A stretch of 64,000 bases of DNA from a virus (IMGVR_UViG_3300026549_000050:1-64000); one strand, 5' to 3'; shown: positions 1-9,972, numbered from the stretch's first letter. Made by a program: numbers and translations. The notes: generated by a model not told the origin, from the letters alone.

Positions 1-1
1 A

Positions 2-1621
2 CCAAGAAATATTGCCAAAAGTAAAGACTATGGCACTTGTATCACTTTCCCTAATGTTATTGCTATGCGCTGTAAATTAATCGCAGAACCCGCTCAACAT
101 ATTTTAACTTCCTCCGGTTCAGACAATAATAATCAAAAAACTCTTGATAGCTTTTGGAATGGTTCTGTAAAAGCTATGAATAGTATTAATTCAAAATATT
201 GGAGAAGTGTAAAATATCCAAATAAAAACCTTAGCGCTTTAATTAAAGAAGGAAAGGTTATTCCTGGTGATATAATTGGTTTTATGGGACATACTACTAT
301 GTATGTTGGTAAAGATAGCAAAGGTAATTTACTATTTAACAACGCAGGACATGCCGCCGGTATTTATGGCGATAAGCCTGGCTCCAATAGACCTGTTATT
401 AATCAGAAAGTTAATGGATATGGTAAAAGACTTGTATATGGTGTATTTAGTGTAAATACTTTTGGTGTTATTACCTCTTGTAAAGATGGTAAAATCACTC
501 CTACCAATTTATATATGGCGGGACAAGATGTTAAGATTACCATTACACCAAATGCAAATAAAGTTGTTACAAGCATTAAAGTAGATGGAAAAGTTGTAAG
601 TAATACAAATACTTATACAATTTCTAAAATTGATGCAAACCATAAAATTGAAGTAGTTTGTGGCACCCCAAAGAAAAAAACTATTGAAGAATTAGCTTTA
701 GAAGTTTTAGATGGCAAATGGGGTAGCGGTAAAACACGTAAAGAAAGATTAATTGCAGCAGGTTATAACTATGAAGCAGTTCAAAAACGCGTTACTGAAA
801 TAGTTGCAGAAAGAGAAAAGAAAAAAGAAAAGGGTCAGTATAAAGGCCAATTACCCACATTAAGATTAACCAAAACCAACGCAGAAGTAATTGAAGATAC
901 AATTAAATGGGCAAAGTGGATTGCAGGCGACAATCGTTTTCATTATGGCTACGGCAATCATGCGCATCATAATGGATGCTATTTCTGTGGTACTCAAAGA
1001 ATGAAAAAAAATCGTACACCCGCAATACTCGATCCAGATTTTACATATTGTTGTAATCCATTCGTTGGCGCCGCTTGGGCGCATGGCGGATGCGTACCAA
1101 CAGCAATTACTCTTTGTAGAAATACAAATAGTTGGGATTTTAGCTTAAATGGCTGGAACACATATGAAAAATCTAAATTATTTACAAAACTTGGTAAACC
1201 TCCAGTTTCACAATTAAAACCAGGCGATGTTTTATGCTCCAGTGGTCATGTTGCATTATATATTGGTAATGGAAAAGTTATTCATGCATCTGGTGGAGAT
1301 GATAATGTTAGAAATAGTGCCAAGTGGAATAAATCGATTAGCACTGGAACATGGAATGGCTGGGAGCGCGCCTATCGTTTTAATAGCTCTGTAAATTCAG
1401 AAATAATAATGCGTCATGGAGAGGTTAGTAAGCGTGTAGCCCTATGGCAAGCTTTCCTTGACTGGTATTATGATGGTAAAGTTGGTTCGGCAGATGGATA
1501 TTTTGGAGATAATACATTAAAGTGGACAAAGAAGTTCCAAGAAGAAGTTATTGGTAAAGGACAGGGCGATGGGCTTTGTGGAAACAAAACATTTGAAGCT
1601 GCGAAAAAAGTTAAGAAATAA
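2..1621 (+). CDS. Multi-domain cell-wall hydrolase/endolysin, 5'-truncated (two NlpC/P60-like domains, Ig-like repeat, Cpl-7 repeat, C-terminal peptidoglycan-binding domain)
   Basis: Frame is open from position 2. Motifs: GHTTMYVG/NAGH and YCCNPFV...GHVALYIG...IHASG; Cpl-7 motif EELALEVLDGKWGSGKTRKERLIAAGYNYEAVQKRV; PG-binding ADGYFGDNT...KKFQ...DGLCG. Confidence 0.8.
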   Translation, partial: PRNIAKSKDYGTCITFPNVIAMRCKLIAEPAQHILTSSGSDNNNQKTLDSFWNGSVKAMNSINSKYWRSVKYPNKNLSALIKEGKVIPGDIIGFMGHTTMYVGKDSKGNLLFNNAGHAAGIYGDKPGSNRPVINQKVNGYGKRLVYGVFSVNTFGVITSCKDGKITPTNLYMAGQDVKITITPNANKVVTSIKVDGKVVSNTNTYTISKIDANHKIEVVCGTPKKKTIEELALEVLDGKWGSGKTRKERLIAAGYNYEAVQKRVTEIVAEREKKKEKGQYKGQLPTLRLTKTNAEVIEDTIKWAKWIAGDNRFHYGYGNHAHHNGCYFCGTQRMKKNRTPAILDPDFTYCCNPFVGAAWAHGGCVPTAITLCRNTNSWDFSLNGWNTYEKSKLFTKLGKPPVSQLKPGDVLCSSGHVALYIGNGKVIHASGGDDNVRNSAKWNKSISTGTWNGWERAYRFNSSVNSEIIMRHGEVSKRVALWQAFLDWYYDGKVGSADGYFGDNTLKWTKKFQEEVIGKGQGDGLCGNKTFEAAKKVKK

Positions 1622-1622
1622 A

Positions 1623-1653
1623 AGAAAACCACTACATAATGTAGTGGTTTTTT
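1623..1653. terminator. Bidirectional intrinsic terminator
   Basis: gaaaaccactacat-a-atgtagtggttttttc hairpin between convergent genes. Confidence 0.8.
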
Positions 1654-1678
1654 CGTACAATTTTTCGCTCGGCCGCCC

Positions 1679-1873
1679 TCAACGTTTATTTGTATTTTTC
1701 CCTAATATTACAAATGTGGCTGCCACCATAGCTATAATTAATAAAATCCATATCGGACTTAATACCCAGAGCCAAGACCAATCAATAAAGCCTGTTAATT
1801 TTAACACTATAAATGCGAGCGTAAGAAGATCGATAAAGCTAACTTGTCCCGTATATTTTACTTCTGTTTTCAT
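1679..1873 (-). CDS. Small two-TM membrane protein
   Basis: Hydrophobic, with IDWSWLWVLSPIWI motif; RBS aaggag. Confidence 0.7.
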   Translation of the reverse strand: MKTEVKYTGQVSFIDLLTLAFIVLKLTGFIDWSWLWVLSPIWILLIIAMVAATFVILGKNTNKR

Positions 1874-1875
1874 TA

Positions 1876-2115
1876 TTACTCCTTTATTATATATTCATCG
1901 CCTATATCAAGCCCTATATAATCCATTGAATCAACTTCAACAATAACTTCTACATAATACTTGCCATTATATTCATTTTTTCCTATTACTTGGTATGATG
2001 TTGGCTCTCGATGATAATAATTTAACACCAGCGCCGCAGCGAATAAATGATATACAATACATATACCAAGCATTATTTTTACCATTAAACCAATCTTTTT
2101 CTCATCCATAAGCAT
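1876..2115 (-). CDS. Hypothetical membrane protein
   Basis: N-terminal TM segment; part of a tightly packed operon. Confidence 0.6.
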   Translation of the reverse strand: MLMDEKKIGLMVKIMLGICIVYHLFAAALVLNYYHREPTSYQVIGKNEYNGKYYVEVIVEVDSMDYIGLDIGDEYIIKE

Positions 2116-2302
2116 ACCCTATCCAATCACAGTGTTGACAATAATACTCATATTGCGGCGGATAAGAAGTAAGAACTATAGTTGTATTTCTTACTACTTT
2201 ATGACCACATTTAGGACAATCCACATCAGTATATTCATACCCACGATATATTGACTCTGGTATTTGCAATTCTTTACTTATTTTATAATCGTCCCAGTTC
2301 AT
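2102..2302 (-). CDS. Zn-ribbon protein
   Basis: CPKC...CQHC; RBS ggagg. Confidence 0.7.
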   Translation of the reverse strand: MNWDDYKISKELQIPESIYRGYEYTDVDCPKCGHKVVRNTTIVLTSYPPQYEYYCQHCDWIGYAYG

Positions 2303-2458
2303 TTATAAATGGCCTCCCATTTTCCATTCTTCTTTTGTAAGTTCTTTAGGTGGTTTTAATGTATACCAACATGAAACTATTGTTATCAACCACAGCGGAA
2401 AAGTTGTGATTATATATATAATCGCTATTATTAGTATTCCCCATTCCATACTTTCCAT

Positions 2459-2647
2459 TTATTTTTCTCCTTTTTCATAAACATAAAATAGATAATAAGG
2501 CTGTGAAAACATATTCAAAACAGCATTTTTATTGCTAATTTTATTTATGTGGATAAGCTCGCTGTTAGTTCTGTCAAGTGCAAAAATTTGCTTGTTTTCT
2601 TTATATGCTCTTTCTGCATCAAAGATTTCTACAGGTTTCATTTTCAT
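2459..2647 (-). CDS. Hypothetical protein
   Basis: Overlapping start/stop with the upstream gene. Confidence 0.6.
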   Translation of the reverse strand: MKMKPVEIFDAERAYKENKQIFALDRTNSELIHINKISNKNAVLNMFSQPYYLFYVYEKGEK

Positions 2648-3141
2648 AGTTCTTCTCCTTCATTTAAATTATGATAAAAATATATTGTTTTACTATTATA
2701 TTTACCCCAATCATTTATGTCACATTCGTGAACTTCTAAACAACCATTCTTCTCCATCCATTTTCCATTTCTAAATACTCTGAAATGAAAGTCCCAATCT
2801 ATGTCATTAATATCATCCATATCAAAGCCACAATATCCCCTTAAAGCTACAAGCTCTCTATCCTCTAAAGCCACAGGTTCTCCAAAGGCATATTCGGCTT
2901 CTTCTATGTTAAATTCTTCTTGAACACTATCAAAAACAAATTCTACATATCTATCAGCTACATCAACTGGAAGTAATCCCTCTTCAGCCATTTCATATAG
3001 CCAATCATAAATATAATCATAGTCCGTTTGTTCGATTTCTGGTTCATACCATTCACATAGATTTAATGCGAAACTTCCACAATTGGTTTTCGCGCGGTGG
3101 TCGATGTATAATTGTGGGTCTGAATTGTGAGTATATATCAT
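2644..3141 (-). CDS. Acidic protein with a papain-like Cys-His signature
   Basis: TNCGSFAL...DFHFRV...GKWMEKNG; RBS aaaggaga and TTGATT/TATAAT promoter upstream. Confidence 0.55.
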   Translation of the reverse strand: MIYTHNSDPQLYIDHRAKTNCGSFALNLCEWYEPEIEQTDYDYIYDWLYEMAEEGLLPVDVADRYVEFVFDSVQEEFNIEEAEYAFGEPVALEDRELVALRGYCGFDMDDINDIDWDFHFRVFRNGKWMEKNGCLEVHECDINDWGKYNSKTIYFYHNLNEGEEL

Positions 3142-3299
3142 TCAATACTCTCCTTTCTATTTATTCTTATTTATATTATAGAAAAATTTTGAGAAAAAAT
3201 CAATTTTGTCCTTGTTAAAGCGCGAGGAAATTTGACGTTGAAGTTCATGACATGGTATAATTAAAGTAAGGAAATATTTTAATATAGGAGAGGATTTCG

Positions 3300-3821
3300 A
3301 TGAAGATTATTATTATCAATGGTATGCCCCAGTCTGGCAAAGATAGCTTTGTAGAGTTTGCTAAAGACGGAGATTATCCCGTATATAATTTTTCCACAGT
3401 AGACTTTGTAAAAGCTAAAGCTTTGGAATTAGGCTGGAACGGTACTAAAGACGAACGCGGTAGACGTTTTCTATCTGACCTTAAAGATGCTCTATCTTTA
3501 TATGATGACATTCCATTTAAAAAAGTATTAGAAGAAATTCAAAAAATTAAAGAGTCCAACGCGGTGGTCTTTGTACACTCACGCGAACCCAAAGATATCA
3601 GCCATTGGGTAGAACTCACCGGTGCTAAAACTCTACTCATACGACGCTCGGCCGCCGAAGACGTAGAACACGACAATCATGCAGATACAGAAGTCTTTGA
3701 TTATGATTATGATTATGTTTATTCTAACAGCGGGGATTTAGAACAGTTTCATAATGAAGCAATTAAGTTTGTCAATTGGATAGGTCAAAAAGACTGGGAA
3801 AGTAACATCAGTTTCATATAG
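3300..3821 (+). CDS. P-loop deoxynucleoside monophosphate kinase-like protein
   Basis: N-terminal Walker A IIIINGMPQSGKDS; GWNGTKDERGRRFL motif. Confidence 0.75.
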   Translation: MKIIIINGMPQSGKDSFVEFAKDGDYPVYNFSTVDFVKAKALELGWNGTKDERGRRFLSDLKDALSLYDDIPFKKVLEEIQKIKESNAVVFVHSREPKDISHWVELTGAKTLLIRRSAAEDVEHDNHADTEVFDYDYDYVYSNSGDLEQFHNEAIKFVNWIGQKDWESNISFI

Positions 3822-3896
3822 TCGCTTGAGACAAAGTTTACTTATTAATGTAGGATATAACACCAATGATATCACCAATTAAGAGGTATTTTAATA

Positions 3897-4250
3897 ATGA
3901 GTAGTTCTATAAGAAAAAATAAAATAACCTTAACTCGCGGTGATACTTTGAGAGTTAAGGTTAATATAATTAAAAATGGAGAACTCTATATTCCTGTAGA
4001 TGGAGATAGGGTTCGTTTTGCGTTAAAGCATCCAGAATTACTTCCAGACGGTTCAGACTATAAAGACCCAGAGCCTATTATTGAAAAAGATATACCTATA
4101 ACTAATATGGTATTAGAATTACAACCTACCGATACCAAACCTTTAGCTTTTGGCACATATGAATATGACGTCGAAATTACTTTTAAAGATGGCACAGTAG
4201 ACACATTTATTACTGCTGCTCCATTTGTATTAAGTAAGGAGGTGCATTAA
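3897..4250 (+). CDS. BppU-like baseplate/tail-fibre attachment protein
   Basis: ITLTRGDT...LQPTDTKPL..GTYEYDVEI motif. Confidence 0.65.
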   Translation: MSSSIRKNKITLTRGDTLRVKVNIIKNGELYIPVDGDRVRFALKHPELLPDGSDYKDPEPIIEKDIPITNMVLELQPTDTKPLAFGTYEYDVEITFKDGTVDTFITAAPFVLSKEVH

Positions 4251-4534
4251 TGGAAGGTTGCAAATGTTCAAGACGAGGTACTTATGGAGAATTAGAAGAT
4301 TTATTAGAACTTTCTGGTGAAACTGATGATTTATTACAGATTTATGGAGAATCTACAATACCAAAAGTTATTCAGCCGACAGATATAAGCTATAATGATA
4401 TAACTGATAAACCGTCTATTAATAATACGGTAGTTCAGGGGGATAAATTCGGTATTGATTATAACTTACAAGATAAAATGGATGTTTTAACACCACAAGA
4501 AATTGAAAAAATCCTATATGGATTTGATATTTAA
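4250..4534 (+). CDS. Tail-fibre-associated protein
   Basis: YNDITDKPSINN motif common in Bacillota phage fibre proteins; translationally coupled. Confidence 0.55.
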   Translation: MEGCKCSRRGTYGELEDLLELSGETDDLLQIYGESTIPKVIQPTDISYNDITDKPSINNTVVQGDKFGIDYNLQDKMDVLTPQEIEKILYGFDI

Positions 4535-4547
4535 GGAGGAGGAATTA

Positions 4548-5471
4548 ATGGCTGATAAATTTATAAATGATGTTGGTCTACAAGTCATTAAACAATGGAT
4601 AGAAGGGAAGTTCGCTTTAGACGCTGATTTAGATGCTTTAACAGCAAGGGTTGAAGAGATTATTGCAGAAGGCGGCGAGCCTAACGTAATTGAAACTGTT
4701 AAGGTAAATAACGTAGCACTTCCAGTTGCAGCTAAGGCAGTTAACGTTACTGTACCAGTAAATGCTAGTGACTTAAACAATGACGGAGATGGAGACAGTC
4801 CTTTCGCTACACAAGACTATGTAGATGAAAATGGCGGAAAGATTGACAAGATTAAAGTCAATGATGTAGAGCAGATAATTACTAATAAAACAGTAAATAT
4901 AACAATGCCTACAAAGGTATCCGAGCTCACGAACGATGGAGACGGAACTACTGGAAGCAAATTCGCCACAGAGGATTATGTTGATGAAAACGGTGGAAAG
5001 ATTGACGTAATCAAAGTCAATGGTACAGCGCAAACTATTACAAATAAGACTGTTGATTTAGCGGTACCTACTAAGGTAAGTGACTTAGAGAACGATGAGA
5101 AGTTCCAGACAGAAGACGAAGTAGAACAAGCTATAGCTGATGCTATCGTTGGCGCATTAAAGCCAAAGGGTTCTTGTCTGTTTGCAGAACTCCCTGCTCC
5201 ATCTGCAGCAGTACTCCATAATATGTACGATGTTGCCGATGCATTTACAACTACCGATGACTTTAGAGAAGGCGCAGGACACAGACATTCAGCAGGCACA
5301 AACGTAGCTGTAATTAATGTAGGTACTGATGCAGCGCCTGTTTATAAGTACGACGCAATGCCTGGACCAGTCGATCTTAGTGCATATTGGACAAGCACTG
5401 CTGGTGAAAATAATACGTTACTTGCTATGACAACTGCGGAGATTAATGCGATTCTTAATCCTACACCATAG
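4548..5471 (+). CDS. Repetitive tail/head fibre protein
   Basis: RBS aggagga before ATG 4548; internal ~52-aa repeats NDGDG..FAT.DYVDENGGKID.IKVN...ITNKTV...PTKVS.L. Confidence 0.65.
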   Translation: MADKFINDVGLQVIKQWIEGKFALDADLDALTARVEEIIAEGGEPNVIETVKVNNVALPVAAKAVNVTVPVNASDLNNDGDGDSPFATQDYVDENGGKIDKIKVNDVEQIITNKTVNITMPTKVSELTNDGDGTTGSKFATEDYVDENGGKIDVIKVNGTAQTITNKTVDLAVPTKVSDLENDEKFQTEDEVEQAIADAIVGALKPKGSCLFAELPAPSAAVLHNMYDVADAFTTTDDFREGAGHRHSAGTNVAVINVGTDAAPVYKYDAMPGPVDLSAYWTSTAGENNTLLAMTTAEINAILNPTP

Positions 5472-5481
5472 GAGGTAGAAT

Positions 5482-6684
5482 ATGAGTGATAATTTTTTAA
5501 ATGCGCGCGGGTTAGGTGAATTACGCACATGGATTTTAGGGAAATTAGATGATAAACAGGATACTTTAAATTCTGGTATAAATATAAAAACCATAAACAA
5601 TACATCACTCCTTGGAAGTGGTAATATTGATATAACCTCAGATATAACTGATGTTACTGTAGATGGTGTGTCGGTTGTATCAAGCGGTATAGCTGCAATT
5701 GATTTAACGGGTAAACAAGATTTGCTTTCAACAGCTACAGATTCAGTAGCAGGTATTGTAAAGACAAATTCTGCACAAAACATAACTCTGAATTCCAACG
5801 GGCAACTTGAAGTTGGTGGACGTATAGGACAGTTTGCAGGAACTACAGGATTGTTTGCGCCTAATAACAGAGATCCAAGAGCAGTAGGAGACTACTCTTT
5901 CCTGATTACTGACGCTATGGGTATGGCATTAGATACTAGTAGAGCGTTTGCGCTTGTTTCTGGACTTGGAGTTACCTGTAAAAGCGCAGCCGCAGGTAGT
6001 ACGGAATACAGGGTAACAAACAATTACACCAACAGAATAATCTGTAAAGCGGCAGAGGGTGGCTATATATCGTTAAGCGAGGCAAAATCAAACGTTGAAA
6101 GAATTGTGCCAGTAGTAAGCGTAACCATTAATGGTTCTTCATTTACTCCTGATAGCTCAGTAAATAGTTCAAACGATATAGTTATAAAGACCTCAGAAAC
6201 ACTTAACCCAGATGCCGCGACAACAAGTATAAGAATTTTCCCAGTAATGAAATCGTACTCAACGGCACATATCGGAAACGGTATAGCGTCATGGGGTGGA
6301 GGTAGAAACTTCTTGCTTGGCGGTGGCGTAACAAAAGACGGTAGCGGCAATGACAACTGCGTTGTGTCAAACGGTGCCTATGTTAACGGAAATGGTAACG
6401 GCGTGTTTGGTAGATACCACATTATCCGTAAAAACAGAGGCTTTTTCGCAGGACAGGGGCACGATAGTACCAACGCCACAGGCGAGGGTGTAAGCGCAAT
6501 AGGGCAGTATTCATACATAGACGCTAATACTATGTTCGCAGTCGGCAATGGCTCAAGCCACACAGCAAGACTAAACGCCTTTGAAGTATTAAAAGATAGC
6601 TCTATTGTTCTAAGAAGTCCAAATGGGTCAAGGTGGAAGATAGCAGTAGATAATAGTGGTAATGTTAATACTACTAAACTTTAA
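5482..6684 (+). CDS. Tail fibre / receptor-binding protein
   Basis: KQDTLNSGINIKTINNTSLLGSGNI motif; Gly/Asn-rich beta-roll-like C-terminus (FAVGNGSSHTARLNAFEV); terminal SPNGSRWKIAVDNSG. Confidence 0.65.
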   Translation: MSDNFLNARGLGELRTWILGKLDDKQDTLNSGINIKTINNTSLLGSGNIDITSDITDVTVDGVSVVSSGIAAIDLTGKQDLLSTATDSVAGIVKTNSAQNITLNSNGQLEVGGRIGQFAGTTGLFAPNNRDPRAVGDYSFLITDAMGMALDTSRAFALVSGLGVTCKSAAAGSTEYRVTNNYTNRIICKAAEGGYISLSEAKSNVERIVPVVSVTINGSSFTPDSSVNSSNDIVIKTSETLNPDAATTSIRIFPVMKSYSTAHIGNGIASWGGGRNFLLGGGVTKDGSGNDNCVVSNGAYVNGNGNGVFGRYHIIRKNRGFFAGQGHDSTNATGEGVSAIGQYSYIDANTMFAVGNGSSHTARLNAFEVLKDSSIVLRSPNGSRWKIAVDNSGNVNTTKL

Positions 6685-6687
6685 AAA

Positions 6688-6714
6688 AATAAAGAGCCAT
6701 ACGGCTCTTTTTTT
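6688..6714 (+). terminator. Intrinsic terminator
   Basis: aaagagcc-atac-ggctctttttt. Confidence 0.75.
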
Positions 6715-6924
6715 ATGGACGTATTTGGCGCGATGGCAGAAATTTTCGGACGGCCGCAGTATACGAACAAACAAAATTTTCTATATATAAATTCAGAAAT
6801 TCTACTATGTAGAATTTCTTCATTATTGATAATAATAAATTAATTTTATTTTAAATTCAAATTTTGTTTTTCTCTAAAAATCTTGATATAATAAATATAT
6901 AGGAATAAAAAGGAGATAAATTTT

Positions 6925-7296
6925 ATGGAAGAAAAATATAAACAGTATGATGAGTTATTAGCAACCCTATATCAAAACATACAAGTAGAACATGGACGTG
7001 ACGAAGGCATTTATATATATGGATATGAAAATACTCCAGAGTGTAATACATATATGAAATTAGCAGACGCTCATGCGGATTTAAACCATACGCGAATTGT
7101 GATGTTAATGCCATTATTACCGTACTTACGTTTTAAATTTAAGCGCTGGAAAGTTCGCAGACGCTACAAATGGAAAGCACCGCAAAAATTTTATAAGACG
7201 GTAACCCCAATTACAGAAATAACACGATTTGTAGCAGAGCACTATAATCAGCCATATTCGATTTATGAAGATATATATAAGGAGTATTACGCATAA
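6925..7296 (+). CDS. Hypothetical protein
   Basis: RBS aaggag; stop overlaps the ligase start. Confidence 0.65.
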   Translation: MEEKYKQYDELLATLYQNIQVEHGRDEGIYIYGYENTPECNTYMKLADAHADLNHTRIVMLMPLLPYLRFKFKRWKVRRRYKWKAPQKFYKTVTPITEITRFVAEHYNQPYSIYEDIYKEYYA

Positions 7297-8435
7297 TGAA
7301 TTGTATCATAGAAGGAACTGATTTTTATAACTTAGAGGCGCAAAAATATTATTCAACTCCTAACAGTTGGACCGCAGAAAAGAAAAAAGAAAATGCGATG
7401 AATAAAATTTTTAGCAATCAATGGTGGGGCGCATTAAAAAGAGATGGCGTGTTTGGTATGTGCGGTCGCAATATGGATGGAGAAATTTTCTGGCGTCCGC
7501 GCGCGAAGAATACGAAAGGCGAGTTCGTTAATAAGGTTGAATGGCTTCCACAGATTCACGATTTCTTAAACGACATAGACCCCGGTACCGTTTTTCTTGG
7601 AGAGGTCTATATCCCTGCTCATGAGTCTGCTAAGGAAACTACATCAGTATTAAACTGTTTACTTCCTAAGTCTTTAAAGAAACAGGAAGATGAAGAATAT
7701 AAATTACATTTTTATATATTCGATGTACTTGCAGAAAATGGTAGGTCATATCTCAATATGAAAGCAGAAGATAGGTTCGACTTACTCAATGCTTTCAGTC
7801 GTGCTTACCCGCACCAGTATGTAGAATGGGCTTGGTATAAAAACGGACAAGAGCTTTGGGACTTACTTCAAGAAACTCTTGCCGATGGAAAAGAAGGAGT
7901 TGTAATTACTAGCGGTGATGCTGTTTATACTCCTGGTTCTCGTAAATCAACCTGTACTTTAAAAATTAAAAAAGAACTTCAAGAAACGGTTGACTGTATT
8001 ATAATAGGAGCCAATTCTCCAAGCAAACAATATTCTGGAAAAGAAATGGAGTTCTGGCCTTACTGGTTTAATGAACTAACCAATGAACGAGTAATGGCTG
8101 GAGATTATCTCACAGAACATCATGAGTCTATCTATGGTTTCTACGTAGACGGCGGCCCAGTGATACCAGTTACGAAAAATTGGTATTTCGGATGGGCAGG
8201 CTCACTAAAGCTTGGACTCTACGATGGAGATAAACTAATCCATGTTGGAGATTTAAGTGGTGTAGTTGATGAGATGAAAGAAAATTGGAAAGACTATATA
8301 AACACCGTAGTTGAAATTAGCTGTATGGAAATAACTGAAAACCAACAAGGTGGATGGGGTTTCCGTCATCCTCGTATGCTACGCATTAGAAAAGATAAAA
8401 CCCCTCAAGAATGTACTGTGGAGCAAATACGATGA
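7296..8435 (+). CDS. ATP-dependent DNA ligase
   Basis: Motif I KRDG, III FLGEV, IIIa FYIFDVL, IV EGVVI, V LKIK, VI FRHPRMLRIRKDK. Confidence 0.9.
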   Translation: MNCIIEGTDFYNLEAQKYYSTPNSWTAEKKKENAMNKIFSNQWWGALKRDGVFGMCGRNMDGEIFWRPRAKNTKGEFVNKVEWLPQIHDFLNDIDPGTVFLGEVYIPAHESAKETTSVLNCLLPKSLKKQEDEEYKLHFYIFDVLAENGRSYLNMKAEDRFDLLNAFSRAYPHQYVEWAWYKNGQELWDLLQETLADGKEGVVITSGDAVYTPGSRKSTCTLKIKKELQETVDCIIIGANSPSKQYSGKEMEFWPYWFNELTNERVMAGDYLTEHHESIYGFYVDGGPVIPVTKNWYFGWAGSLKLGLYDGDKLIHVGDLSGVVDEMKENWKDYINTVVEISCMEITENQQGGWGFRHPRMLRIRKDKTPQECTVEQIR

Positions 8436-8554
8436 AAATATTCCTTATTCTAATTTGTTTCTTTATCGGCTTACTACTTTATGCCTGCATCCATGCCAGC
8501 GCGCGAGCCGACGAACAAGCGCAGCGATTATATCAAAGGTATAAAGAAGAAAAT

Positions 8555-8583
8555 TTGAAAAAGTTGTAAATTTCCTATATAAT
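8555..8583 (+). promoter_or_regulatory. Sigma70/SigA-type promoter (example of the recurrent TTGAnA-N17-TATAAT..ATATA phage promoter)
   Basis: TTGAAA-17-TATAAT; same design at about 8717, 13452, 15160, 17649, 20024, 20793 and 22369. Confidence 0.75.
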
Positions 8584-8589
8584 ATATAT

Positions 8590-8710
8590 AGAAGTTGAGA
8601 AAAGAAGAAATGTCAAGATAGAGTTCGAGGTCTAAAAACCTAATGGTACTAAAGAACTAAGCGGTTCAAATCCCACTAATTCGAGAGAGATATCGCTCTC
8701 CTCAACTTCT
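8590..8710 (+). ncRNA. Candidate ~120-nt small RNA closed by a terminal stem
   Basis: Starts just after the -10 box; agaagttgag (8590-8599) pairs with ctcaacttct (8701-8710); internal ggttcaaatcc T-loop-like motif; no ORF. Confidence 0.45.
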
Positions 8711-8716
8711 AAAAAT

Positions 8717-8745
8717 TTGACAAATTCTCAAAATTCTACTATAAT
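8717..8745 (+). promoter_or_regulatory. Consensus promoter upstream of the large ncRNA
   Basis: TTGACA-17-TATAAT. Confidence 0.8.
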
Positions 8746-8829
8746 AAATATATAATCAAGAGATTTTGATAACTTTATCGAAATGGGCGGTGGTCTCTTG
8801 TTCTTTCCTTTCTACCACCGCCCAACGTT

Positions 8830-9860
8830 GCTAACGTAATCGCGCCAGTTGTATTGCACCAACTGAGAGTCGCAAGCCTCTATAAAGCGAGAGCGAGTTA
8901 GTAAAATTGATGACGGTAGGAGCATTGCCACAGGCAATATGGAGCGCACGATACTGGCGGGTGCAATCGCGCAAGACAGGTGTGTGGAGGAAATAGAAAC
9001 GCGTTAAGAATACCTCCTTAATTCCGGCAGTTCCTTTTGAAAAGGCTGAACGCTCAATTTTACTGACAGGTCGTAAGAACACGTGACTTATTATTGAGAG
9101 ATTTGTGGACTTGTGCAGAAACCAATGTCGGCAATGGCAAACAGAAACTAGCGCCACACTTCTCGTTTACCAGGAAGCAAATGAGCTGGATAAGAATGTG
9201 CGGTTGGCTGACCTAAAGCATTTAATTTTGATGGCACCGATGTAGACTGCCTTCTCGCGGCGGTGCTGATTTCGACGGAATGTCTACAACAATTAAATAA
9301 CAATGAACTCAGTGCAGAAATGCTAAACCAGTATGCTGAGGTGCAATGAATAGGTCAGGTCGAACGAAACAAGGATACTTGTGGATAGATGGCTGTGGCG
9401 GCAGAGGCGACTCTTTCGCTTGAGAGGGTGGAACCCCAAACCTAAGTTGTAGCGCCTTTGCTGTCGGGAATAAAAGCAGTGTGCGGGTCGGGGAAGTAAT
9501 AGAAGCGGTTGTTAATAGCTTCCGCTGAATCGGAGTTAGGGTTTAACAGGTGGTGCTGAAGCCACTCCTCCGAAGTACCAATAATTCCTTTTGTCGTGAA
9601 GCAGATAACCCTGTGTATAAGACTTGTAAGTTGCGTTTGAGTAGCCCAAGACAAAACATTTGAGGACAAATAAGATGACAGCAAGCCATCTGTATTACCG
9701 TAAGGTGGGTGAAAGATTTGAGTAGTCAATCTCAAATAGGACTGTGGCGAAAGCTGGGGCATATGAGGTCAAGGTCGCTCCTTGGTCTGCGGATATGTCT
9801 CCCTATTGGCTGAAAATATTTCAAGACAGTTAGAGGTAGAGTGAAAGCTCCTGTTATTTA
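8830..9860 (+). ncRNA. Large ornate structured RNA, GOLLD-like (family uncertain)
   Basis: About 1 kb, GC-richer, no credible ORF; 14-bp helix 8897-8910/9054-9067; long-range agatggct/agccatct; several GNRA-capped stems (gcaa, gtaa, gaaa); lies near a phage tRNA cluster. Confidence 0.6.
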
Positions 9861-9972
9861 GTTCCGTGTGGGGACAATCCCACACATATATGGTATCATA
9901 AGGTTGCCTTCCCGTTGGCGATACCGTTTAAACTAAAACCTTGGATTTTGTTAATATTAAGAGGAGATAGCG

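Noticed and set aside
8830-9860. Group I/II intron or tmRNA
   Set aside because: It does not interrupt a gene; no domain V or group I core recognised; no tRNA-like termini or tag ORF.
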